A DNA stretch of 64,000 bases, taken from assembly GCF_009914755.1 (NCBI RefSeq), contig NC_060938.1; one strand, given 5' to 3'. Below, in pieces: positions 1 through 30,757 of this stretch; position 1 is the first letter of the stretch, and each line of letters opens with the position of its first letter. The notes under the pieces are model-generated. The model was not told where the DNA came from and made no database searches. It saw nothing but the letters and a program-made list of their open reading frames with translations. The stretch is from the human T2T-CHM13v2.0 reference genome, Homo sapiens. Position numbers and translations under genes: made by a program.

Positions 1-543
1 AAACACCATCTACGAAAGAAAAAATGGACAAGATGGACCTCATTAAAGTGAAACATGTCTGCTGTGCCAGAGACACTGTTAAGAATGAAAAGACAGGCTG
101 GGCACGGTGTGGTGGCCCATGCCTGTGACTCCAGTTACTTGGGAGGCTGAGGCAGGAGGATCCCTTGAAGCTCAGGAGTTGAAAGATGCAGTGAGCTGTG
201 ATGGTGCCACTGCATTCCAGCCTGGATGACAGAGAGACGCCATCTCTACAAAGAAAAAAAAGAAATAATGCAGAGAAGTCTCATGTACGGGCCCACTAAG
301 TTTTATAGTGTTTTTGCTTTATTGCACTTTGCAGATATTGTTTTTTACCTATTGAATGTTTGCGGCAACCCTGTGTCAAGCAAGTCTTGCGGTGCCGTGT
401 TTCTAACAGCATATGCTCACTTTCTGTCTCTGCGTTACGTTTCGCTGATTCTCACAATATTTTAGATGTTTTCATTATCATGTTATAGTGATCAGTGATC
501 TTTAATGTTGCTATTGTAATTGTTTACAAGTTCATTGATATAA

Positions 544-880
<337 letters not shown>

Positions 881-1452
881 AGTTATGTGTGTTCTGACTG
901 CGTTGTCCACCATCCATTCCCAGCTCGCTCCTTCTTCTCAGGCCTCTCTATTACCTGATACACAACAATATTGAAATTAGGCTAATTAATAACCATGCAG
1001 TGCCCTATACATGTTCAGGTGGAAAGAAGAACTGCATGATTCTCACTTTCAATCAAAAGTCAGAAACAGCTACCTTTAGTGCAGAAAGCATAACGAAAAC
1101 TGACCTAGGCTGAAAGCTAGGCCTCTTGTGCCCATTAGCCAAGTTGTGAAAGCAAAGGAAAAGTTCTTGAAGGAAATTAAAAGTGCTTCTCCAGTGAATA
1201 CACAAATGATAAGAATGCAAAACAGCCTTGTTGCTGATGTGGAAAAAGTTTTAGTGCTGGTTAGAACATCAAATCACCCACAACATCCCCTTAAGGCAAA
1301 GCCTAATCCAGGGCAAGCCCCTAGCTCACTTTAGTTCTGTGAAAGCTGAGGGAGGTGAGGAAGCTGCTGAAGAAAAGTTTGAAGCTAACAGAGGTTGTTA
1401 GTTCATGGGGTTTAAGGAAAGAAGTCATCTCTATAATATGAAAATGCAAGGT

Positions 1453-2082
1453 TGGCCGGGCGCGGTGGCTCACGCCTATAATCCCAGCACTTTAGGAGGC
1501 CGAGGCAGGTGGATCACAAGGTTGAGAGCTCGAGACCAGCCTGGCCAACATGGTGAAACCCCGTCTCTACTAAAAATACAAAAATTGGGCCAGGCACGGT
1601 GTCTCACACCTGTAATCCCAGCACTTTGGGAGGCTGAGGCAGGTGGATCACCTGAGGTCAGGAGTTCAAGACCAGCCTGGGCACCGTGGTGAAACCCCGT
1701 CTCTACTAAAAATACAAAAATTAGCCGGGCACAGTGGCACGTGCCTGTAATCCCAGCTACTCAGGAAGCAGAGACAGTTGAATCGCTTGAATTGGGAAGC
1801 AAAGGTTGCAGTGAGCCGAGATTGCACCATTGCACTCCAGCCTGGGCAACAGAGCAAGACTCTGTCTCAAGAAATAATAATAATAAATAAATAAATAAAT
1901 AAATAAACAAACAAACAAACTGGGCATAGTGGCATGCCTGTAATCCTAGCTACTCGGGAGGCTGAGGCAGGAGAATCACCGGAATCTGGGAGGCGGAGGT
2001 GCAGTGAGTTGAGATCACACCACTGCACTCCAGCTTGGGGGACAGAGTGAGACTTTGTCTCAAAAACAAAACAAAAAAAAAA
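1453..2082 (+). mobile_element. Nested Alu-in-Alu: left monomer, full Alu (~1588-1918), right monomer
   Basis: Outer target-site duplication aaa(a/g)tgcaaggt at ~1441 and ~2080. The inner Alu sits in the A-rich linker of the outer one. Confidence 0.85.
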
Positions 2083-2794
2083 GTGCAAGGTGAAGCAGCA
2101 AGTGCTGATGTAGAAGTTGCAACAAGTTATCCAGAAGATCTAGCTAAGATCATTGATAAAGGTGGCTCCACTAAGCAACAGATGTTCAATGTAGAAGAAA
2201 CAGCTTTTTGGTGGAAGAAGATGCCATTTAGGACATCCCTCCTAGAGAGAAGTCACTGCCTGGCTTCAGAGCTTCGAAGGACAACTGACTCTTCTCAGGG
2301 GCTAACACAGCTGGTGACTTTAAATTAAAGCTGTTGTTTGTTTATCATCCCAGAAATGCTAGAGCCCTTAAGAATTACGTTCAGTCTACTCTGCTTGTGC
2401 TCTGTCAATTTAACAACAAAGCCTGGAAGACATCTGTTTACAGTGTGTTTTGCTGAATATTTTAAGCCCACTGTGGAGACACACTGCTCAGGAAAAAAAG
2501 AATTCTTTCAAAATTATTATTTCTTTTGGACAACGCACCTGGTTCCTCAAGAGCTCTAATGGAGGTGTACAAGGGGAGGAATATTGTTTTCATGCCTGCC
2601 AATACAACATCCATTCTGAAGCCCATGGTTCAAGGAGTGGTTTTGACTTTCAAGTCTTATTAGTTAAGAAATACATTTTATAAGGCTAAAGCTGCCACAG
2701 ATAGTGATTCTTCTGATGGACCTGTGCAAAGTAAATGGAAAGCCTTGTGGAAAGGAGTCACCATTCTAGATTCCATTAAGAACATTGATGAGTG

Positions 2795-4367
<1,573 letters not shown>

Positions 4368-4475
4368 CTATAGATGAGATAAAACTGCCCATGAACTGAT
4401 ACTTGTTGAAGCAGGGTTAATAGTACATTATATCATTCTTTCATATACTATTATTTTGTATTTTTTGTATCCAAT

Positions 4476-4517
4476 AGTTTTCATAATCAAAAGTTAAGTT
4501 TTCATAATCAAAAGTTA
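4476..4517. repeat. Perfect 21-bp tandem duplication
   Basis: agttttcataatcaaaagtta occurs twice head to tail. Confidence 0.9.
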
Positions 4518-4531
4518 ATTCTAAAATCTGA

Positions 4532-4807
<276 letters not shown>

Positions 4808-6224
4808 TAGCCAGGCTGATCTTGATCTCTTGACCTCGTGATCTGCCCGCCTCGGCCTCCCAAACTCCTTTTCTTCTTTTTCTGTAGCAATGAGCATGCA
4901 TAATCAGAAAGAAAAATAATGTTTAAAAGTGGGTTTAAAGTCTCTGTACAAGTTGTGGCTAAAAGGGGCACCAAAAGTAGCCACTTGTGGGCAGGATGCT
5001 CCCTCCTCCCTCCGGGAGAAACACAGGTGCTGCTTTGTGCCTTTAGCTCCTGGATCCTGGGGCTGAGCTGGGAGGGAGTAAAGGAGAGGGGGATGGGAGG
5101 GTGTGTACTGGGGCCTGTATTCTACGCTGGGCAGAGTCCCAGCCACTCCTCATGCAGCTTGTGAGGAAGCCTTTGGTGGTCATCTTTAACAGGTGAGTAA
5201 ACTGAGGCTCAGAGAGATCAGTGGAGTCATCTGAGAGAATGTGCGTTGATGCATGTTCCCTGCTGGGCACTTCCTCTCTCATCTAATCCCTGAGGCCAGC
5301 CCTGTGGGGTGGGTATCATTCTCCCCAATTTATAGAGGAAGAAACAGCACCAGAGAGGGGAAGGGACTCACCCAAGGCAGGGGATCCTGAGGGCTGGTCT
5401 GGATCCTTTCCCCAAGTGCTTAATCCCACAGTTCAGAGGGCCCTGAAAGGCGCTAGGGGCTTCTATCTTAGCACAGGGCACTTCTGCCAAGGTCGTGGCA
5501 ACGACTGGGGGGGCAGGAGGCCTGGATGCTTTGTGAGGGCTCTGCCTTGGCACCACCATGAGATCTGAGCTTTTCCCTCACCTGGGCAACTGGAATGAGC
5601 AATAGCCATCCGTGGCTAGGTGGGGTTGTGGCTTGTAAACTGTAAAGTCCTATGCAATGTGCAGGGTGGTGGAATGAGCATCTGTGTACCGCCCCAGACT
5701 GCAGTCTAGTAAGTCACTTGACATGAGTCACCCCGTCTGAGCCTCACCTGTGAAGGGGCAACATTAAGCTGAGGGGGGAGGTGGGGGGAAGAAAGGGGAC
5801 AGCGAAAGGCAAGGAACCCAGCTAATGGAGTACCCAGACAGCCTCTCCCTCCCGCACAGCTCTCCATCTCCATCCAGTCCCCCGTCTCTACCCCAAACAG
5901 CTCAGTTCCCCAGAGAAGCTCCCTGGAAACCAGGAGGCTGACTTCTTCACCAACTGCAGAACCACCTGAGGCCACGTGGCAGGTGACTCGGTGGCCTTTC
6001 TCCTGGACTCGCCTGCCTGGCTCCTTAAGGCTGTGCTGGGCTGGCCTGGGTCACTCACCCTTTGGAGTCTGGCTTCTTAAGCAATGTCCTATAAAGCCAG
6101 GGCTGAGCCTCCGCAGGCCCTCTGAGATGGAGCTGGCCTCCGGGGCTGCCCGACCCAGCAGCTGTGACCTCCCACCCCAGATCCTGGCTCCTTCTCTCTT
6201 GCCAGCTCTACTCCAGGCATCGAG

Positions 6225-6600
6225 CTTCCCTCTCTCTCTCTTTTTTGGTCTCTCTCAAATCTTTCTCTTTTCTTATCCTCTCTCCCTCCACCCCTTGCCA
6301 TTTTAGTCAGTCTTTCTCTTTCCTTCTTCTCTTTTGTCTCTCAGACTATTTTTTCTTTCTATCTTGGTTCATATCTGTTCAGGGAAAGCCTCTTTCTGTC
6401 TCGGCCTCTCCTTTTTTCCTTTTCACTGTTTATTCTTCCCTCTCTCCTTTATCTCTCCGTTGCTCTACTTCTCTGCCTTTTTCTGAGTCTGTTTCCTCTC
6501 ACCATCTCTCTCTCCATCCGTCCCTCCCTGTATCTGCCTCTCTCTCCATCTCGCTGCTGTGTCCGGCTCTCTCTCTCGCTCATTCCTTCCTCGCCATCTG
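6225..6600. repeat. CT-rich low-complexity (polypyrimidine) tract in intron 1 of the PLAC9 copy
   Basis: Long tctc/ttct-rich stretch read directly from the sequence. Confidence 0.8.
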
Positions 6601-6975
6601 GGGATCTCCCTGGCTCCGTGTCCCCTGCAGTGCCCCGCGCCCCAATCACCGGCCAAAGCGCCCGCGGAGCAGAGCAGGGCCAGCCCGGCCAGCGCGCAGA
6701 GCAGGGGCCGCATGGTGCCGGCCTGGCTGAAAGCAGCACGGCATGTGCCCGCAGCCGCCCTTCCCGGATCGTGCCCGGCAGGCCCTGGAGACAATGCTCT
6801 CAGTCCGAGCCAAAATTCCTGGGCGGCTCCGGGCTTTCTGGCTGGAGAGAACCCGCCCCCTCCAGAGGCCCCTGGGCACCCCGTGGGCAGCGCAGAACCC
6901 AGAAACCCCCGGGAGCTGAGGCACCGACTTGCCACCCGGGCGCCTTCGGAGGAAAGGGGGCCGCCCCCCGAGTTG
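6560..6975. promoter_or_regulatory. CpG-rich promoter/first-exon region of the PLAC9 copy
   Basis: High GC with dense CpG (ccccgcgc, cccgcgg, agcgcgc, cccgggcgcc) around the PLAC9-like ATG. Confidence 0.7.
6650..6713 (-). pseudogene. PLAC9: PLAC9 duplicated (unprocessed) copy, coding part of exon 1 (signal peptide)
   Basis: Encodes MRPLLCALAGLALLCSAGALA plus 1 nt, then a GT donor (G|gtgatt). Recalled PLAC9 N-terminus is MRPLLCALTGLALLRAAGSLA. No later exons found in the window. Confidence 0.85.
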
Positions 6976-8301
6976 AGTTGGATGGAGGGGTTGGGTGAGG
7001 TCATGGGCTCAAGGCGACTGAGCCTGGGATCAGGAGTTTGTTATGAGCCCATTTCACAGGCAGGCGGACTGAGACTAGAGAGAAGTGTCTTCCTCAGCAT
7101 CACTCTCAGCCATGGCACAAGATCTGAACCCTTGTCTCCTGGGAGTGTGGAAGGTTTTCTCTGCCTACCAAGAACAAGAAATTAATTCTAATTACATGGA
7201 ACAGTGTCTGCCCCTAAGAGGGAGACCCAGACACTCACTGCTCTGGTAAGGAAGTGATAGCAATGTGAAAAGGTACTTTTCAAAACAAAAAGGTAAAGTC
7301 ATGACTCTCGTAAAGATATGAAATTAGCATATAATAAAGGTTTTATTTAGTTCATTATTAATGAGGGAACAAGTAAGATGGTACAAGCAGTCCAAAGTTT
7401 AGAACACAGTAGTGGAAACTTCCCCTATGGGACATGCCCATCCAACAAGTGCAACAAGAAATTAAGTTTTAGTGAAAACACCAAGCAAAAAAGCTACAGC
7501 TCCAACTTCTCTGCTGCAGAGCCCTGAGTGCCTTGCCTGGCTGTAAGAGGAATACTTTCATCACCAAGCCTAGGAGAATGCCTTTGTCCATCGAGGGTCC
7601 CCATTGGGGTTAACTGGAGCCCTTGCAGATCAAGGCTGCCTCTGCCTTCTGTGTTCCTGGCTGTGGCTGTGCTGTTGTCCCAGTCACCACCGTAACCAGT
7701 GATCCAGTTCTCACTCCCTCCTCCAGAGCAAGATAATAGCCTCAGATGAAGAAATTCTGGTTCTGAGCCCGAGAATCTGAGACAGACTCAGATCTAAATC
7801 TTTTTAAAGCTTTCAAGGAGATTATGATGCCCACGTGAGCTGGCTCAGAAGAAGAATTTATTTCAGGAATGCCAAGAATTTCTCATGCTTGGTGGTAGGA
7901 CATTCCTTGATAATTTAGCCAGGTGAGAAGTTGTCAAAGAACTGCCAAACCCATAAGGATTCTTGTAGCTCACAGCCAGGAGGCTACCTTATATTTTGAA
8001 TTTAAGATTAAGGGAAAAAAAAAACCACAAAAAACATATACAATACATTCTTGTTGTGGTCGAGCATAAAGTAATTAAGTATACAGAGAAAAACATGAAA
8101 GTCTTTTCTGTTACGAATTCCCTCTGTCCAAGATTCAGGTCCAGTCCCCTCGGCTTGCTAGGCTCTGCCTGTTCCACATCTATGCATTCCCCATCTATCT
8201 AATGTATATTCAGACACAAATGTATATACATGAGATCAAATCATAGATATTTTGAAGATTTGCTTTCATTCATGTTAACCTCAGTCATAACATTAAATCT
8301 T

Positions 8302-8480
8302 GGCTGTGTGTAGTGGCTCACGCCTGTAATCCCAGCTCTTAGGGAGGCAGACGTGGGAGGATAGCTTCAGCCCAGGAGTTCAAGACCTGCCTGGGCAGTA
8401 TAGCAAGACCCTGATCTCCACAAAAAGGAAAAAAAAAGTATAAAAAATAAAATAAAATAAAAATAATAAATAAAAATAAA
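8302..8480 (+). pseudogene. BCYRN1: BC200 (BCYRN1)-derived retrocopy
   Basis: Alu monomer with BC200-diagnostic motifs: cccagctcttagggaggc, ggaggatagctt, gacctgcctgggc, ctccacaaaaaggaaaaaaaa. The unique C-rich 3' end is absent. Confidence 0.75.
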
Positions 8481-8654
8481 GAAGCAAAAGTTTATACACT
8501 TAAATTGTGCTTCATAATGCATGTTTTAGTCTTTCGTTTTTCCTAGAAATTATTTATGTACCCAGCAAATATCCATCAATTAAATGAGTACAAGGTTTTG
8601 AGTTACCTAAAGATCTTTGAAATTATTCTAAAGTGGGCATACCATGAAAGATAA

Positions 8655-17291
<8,637 letters not shown>

Positions 17292-18794
17292 TCATAAATA
17301 ATAAATTCAGATGTATTGTAGACATGATTAAAGTTGTGGAGGTGACCCCTATGTGCTTGAGATTTAGGTAACTCTTCCTTACCTTACATTATAGATGCCA
17401 TTCCTCTCATTTATAACAATGTTAAGATTTCTTCAATTTAATCCTGTGCAATGTATGAATACAAGGAAAAAGTAAGTAAATGTTCATTCATGAATATTTC
17501 CCTGAACAGCATTTTTGTTTCTTTCTTACTTTTAAAAATTACTTTTCCATTTCCCACACCTATGTGACTGAACAGCATTCATTGTATACCAGAAGTATTT
17601 CCCTTAATCCAACATAATGACTTACTACAAATAGAAATGAGGCAATTGATGTACTTAAATCCTTTATAAAAGCTTAGAAGCCATCTTAAAATGCTTCGCA
17701 GAAGTAGCAAATACAGTATTTTGAGTAGGATTTTCAAATGCTTACTGTGGGATCAGAGCACAAATCTCCTCTCCAAGAAGAGAAATGTGAACATTAAAGA
17801 CTCCTATTGTCCAGCGTGGATGAAAATGGAAACATAATTCACAATTTGTTGTGGACAAGGAGCCTCACAGAGAGAATGTTTCCATTGTCTTAAAGTGTGT
17901 TACTCAGCTACCCTACTAGCATTTTTTTCACTGTGCTGACAAGAAAGGGAAGGAAAAATATTCACAACCCAGGTTGCTAAACTAAGAGCTTTAATTAATG
18001 AGACTCCAGAAAGGGCCCTAGCAAGATAAAAATGTGATTGCACTGTGCTCTCTGACCTCAGTTGCAAGTTCTTTGACTTCTCTTTCGTGTTCTCAGACCC
18101 TCAGTGTAAAGATATAAGGGCTTTCTGAGATTGCAAGTTGTTTTTCTAAAAAGCCTCTTTACACATCTGGAATATAACCTCTTAAACCTAACCCAGGCTT
18201 ATGTTAACACCGTGGCTTTAAAGCATGTTTAGACTGCGTGGAATCATAAACATGTTGAATGTAGGAAACACTGTTAGTTTATAAATTGGGCCTGCTATTA
18301 AGTTCTGAGGTCATTAGTCTGGTTTTTTTTTGTTTTGTTTTGCTTTGTTTTTGTTTTTTTGTTTTTTGTTTTGTCCTTACTTTTTTATTTTTCCAAACTA
18401 TATGTGCTTTGCAAATCTAAGGGGTGGGTAAGAAAACAGTTTAGCCTGGTTTTTTTCCATGGTTGCTTCCACCAAGATGGCTCTGGCCTTTTCTCATCCA
18501 AAATCAACATAAAGCTGTTTCTCCCATATCACCACCATGACTACCACACAAAGCCAGGATGTCTATTTTTAAATTTGTTGCTTCACAGACTTACTACTAA
18601 ACTCCTGGATAATGGGGGAGGTGGGCAACACGACGCCCAGAGTCATGTCTGTCTGTGTGATACTGGGCAAGTTACTTTACCTCGCTGAGATGTTTATGGT
18701 TCTATGAATGGAATGATCTGCACCATTTGCTCACTAGATCCCCCTTTGCAACTAAGCCATGATAATACCCCAAATAAGATGACAGGATTTTATA

Positions 18795-19478
<684 letters not shown>

Positions 19479-19829
19479 GGGCTTTGTGCATTAAAAAAAT
19501 GCCAGAACACTCCATACTTAGTGCATAGACTTTATCAAATGTTGAATAAAAACAGAAACAAAAAGGAGACAATCCTACAATGAAAAGGAGACACTCATGT
19601 CTACCCTAGTGATTCACTGTACGTGGAGGAGGTAAGTGGGGCATGGACAGGTCTACAAATATAATACATATATACCCGACAACCACAGTGCTTTGCATTT
19701 CTTTATCAGTGAAAAACAAACTGAGATCTGAAGTGTATAAACAGTTCCTTAGTAAAGTCTATTTGAGAAAAAGAATCAAATGTGCATCAATATATCAAAA
19801 CTGACAAATACAAGAAAAGCATTCAGCTA

Positions 19830-21628
19830 GAGATAATTCACAGCATTTTATTCAAGTTAATCCATTTCATTCAATAATCTTCCATATTGTTCCCAGCACC
19901 ACTATTACTATCATTATTTCTCTTCGGAGAAGACCAGGTATTAAGAAATCGGGTTTGAATTTCCATGATGCCTAACTCTATGGTCAAAAATCCTTTTCCT
20001 TACCAAAAACCAACTTCTTAATCACCAGAGAAAAGAGGGAAAGACTGAGATATATTTGCAGAAATTTATGTCCACTAAAGACAATTCATAGTTCATAATC
20101 TTTCAGGCTTGTGCTTTACTTGGTGACTCTCTTTTGGGGAGGGGCTTGTTTCTTATAAATGTTTGTCTAATACAAATCACTTGCCCCACTGTACCATGGA
20201 AGGGAAATGAGGGCTAGTCCCCAAAGAGCAAGCAAGCAGTCCTCCTGGGAAGAAGCCCTAATGGCTCCTAGTGGTGACACAGTCATTCTGCCAGGGTGAG
20301 GGGACACAGTCATTCTGCCAGGGTGAGGGGACACAGTCATTCTGCCTCCCCAACCTGTGAGCAATAATAAAATATAACCAAGTGAACAGGAGAGGTACTA
20401 ACTAGCTGGATAATCCATGGTGGACTAGAATCTCTAAACAGGAATGTTTATGTGTTTTGAATAAATCAGAGCTGGAAAGAGACACTTTTGGAGAAGTGAT
20501 GGAGAATAGAAAAGTATGAAAAAGATAAAGGTTTCTCACCAAGGAACCCACAAAAAAGGTAGTACCAGTCAAAGGTAGTCTTGGGCTTTTCTTTTGAGAT
20601 GAGTGTACCCCACGTGGGTTGTGCCATTTTCATATAAAAATTGGAATGATAATGAACAAGTGAAAGTGAAATCAGTTTCCCTCCTTTGTTCAATAAACAT
20701 GGATAGAGTACCTGTGTGCAAGGTAGTGGGACAGGTGCTGAGGGGAAAGGTAAAGCTGTTTAAGCTGTGGCCCTGAGCGAAAAAGCAATCTAGCAGCACC
20801 ATCAGACTGCACACTACAGAGCAGAGTGTCCCAGGGGCCAGGTGGAGGGAAGGATCACTTCCAGCTGCAGCATCAGGGAAGGCACTCTGCAGTCTCCCCT
20901 GTGGGTTCTCAGTGTGCCTGTGTGACAGCTCAGCCTGCCCCATTCCAGGCACTTGCTCATCTTTCTTATCTTTCTCTCTAGCGTGAGAAGTGGAAGTTTA
21001 AGAGGATAAGATCCTGCCTCACAGGTACCTAATAAATGTGTGTGGAATTGACGTATGGTGGAGGTGTCACTTTATCTGGTGCAGCAAGGCGGAAAGAGCT
21101 TTGGGAAAGGAGAGCAAAGATGGTGGTGGTGAGGGTAAGGTGTTTTCATCAGAAGGCGAGAGCAAGGGTATACAAACCAAAAAGTCAATTTAGTATGTGG
21201 CTTAGCCCAGAGCACACGAGGGCACCAACACAGCCAAAGTCCATAAGAAGGTAGCTGAAGTCCTCTGCCAAATAGGACTGAAAAGCTAAAATCTTTCTCA
21301 GTTTCTTTCTTAAGCAACAACTGGTCTATTCAAGCTCAACCAGAGCATATAAGAGAAAAAATGACTAATGAGAGGCTCTTAAATAGTTTTGAAGGACAGA
21401 CACTTTCTAGAAAGTAGAAAAGATCACTGAGTAAATACTGCACCTCCCTTACCCCACAAACACACACAAAAAAGATGAGGATGTGTAGAGCAAGCTTGTG
21501 GACATCCTCAAGTTTGGTTTTGATGCTTCTGTTGGTAAGCAGTCAAGATGGTGAGAGATGCCATCCCAAAGAGGAAAGTCTGTAGGAACCAGAGTAGCTG
21601 AGCATGACCACTTGTGATGCCTTTATGC
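19830..21628 (-). pseudogene. TMEM254: TMEM254 duplicated fragment: terminal exon (CDS 21628-21508) plus 3' UTR
   Basis: Intact polypyrimidine acceptor ending ttttag|G. Translates HKGITSGHAQLLWFLQTFLFGMASLTILTAYQQKHQNQT* versus the recalled TMEM254 C-terminus HKGITSGRAQLLWFLQTFFFGIASLTILIAYKRKRQKQT*. AATAAA on the minus strand at 19852-19847. TMEM254 precedes PLAC9 in the same orientation at the parent locus. Confidence 0.9.
20276..20346. repeat. 27-bp tandem repeat, ~2.6 copies
   Basis: gacacagtcattctgccagggtgaggg twice, then gacacagtcattctgcc. Confidence 0.9.
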
Positions 21629-22299
21629 CTAAAAAAGAAAAAACAAAATTTAAACACCAGAATGTTAATCTTACAGTTTCATGGGAATTATTGTCTTCTA
21701 TATCATTTTTTAAAATTTATACTTTCCATTACTTTCATTGGGTTTATTTTGCTGCTTTTCTCTGGCTTCTTATCTTGGATGGTTTGTTTATTTTTCTTCT
21801 TTCTTGTTTTCTAATAAATGTATTTTGGATGGTACACTATTCCTGAGAACCAGTCTGGCTGGCTACTCTCTGGGGCACAGTATTATAAGACTGTTTCTCA
21901 TGTGATTCTGATGGGTGGATGGAGTAAAACGCACTGGTATGGCTTCAGATCAAATGTTTTGAAGATAGACCAGATGTAAATCCTAGCGTGGCTACCTACC
22001 AGCTGTGACCTGGGCAAATCACTCAGTATCTCTCCGAATCAGTTTTCTCAGCTGAACAACAAGAATGGCAGTAGCTAGCTCATTGAGTGTTGAGATAATT
22101 TATGGGATAATACACACAAAGTGCTCAGAAAGGAGCCTGGCACACACTCATGATAAACACCTGCTTATATTGTCATTGAAATTCAATTGCTTAAAACGAA
22201 GTGCAAAAAAAAAAAAAAAAATGACCCAATGGAAGTGAATGGCTTGCTACAGTCTCATCTGTATATAAATAAGTCTCATTTGGATGACTTTTATTTATA

Positions 22300-30660
<8,361 letters not shown>

Positions 30661-30757
30661 TAAAAGCAACTCTACTGGGAGATTTATGCTGAGGAAAGTA
30701 TGTGGTTATCAGACTCAGTGTCCATGGTGGATGACTTCTTTATTTTTTTTTTCTTTG

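Noticed and set aside
5860-5990. Possible + strand exon ending at cag|gtgact inside the PLAC9 intron
   Set aside because: A donor-like motif alone is not enough evidence without transcript data.
6559-7185. 208-aa + strand ORF and overlapping ORFs across the CpG island
   Set aside because: Stop-poor GC-rich sequence antisense to PLAC9 exon 1, with no recognisable domain.
20276-20346. 27-bp direct repeats as a possible CRISPR-like array
   Set aside because: Head-to-tail units with no spacers, in primate DNA; this is a minisatellite.
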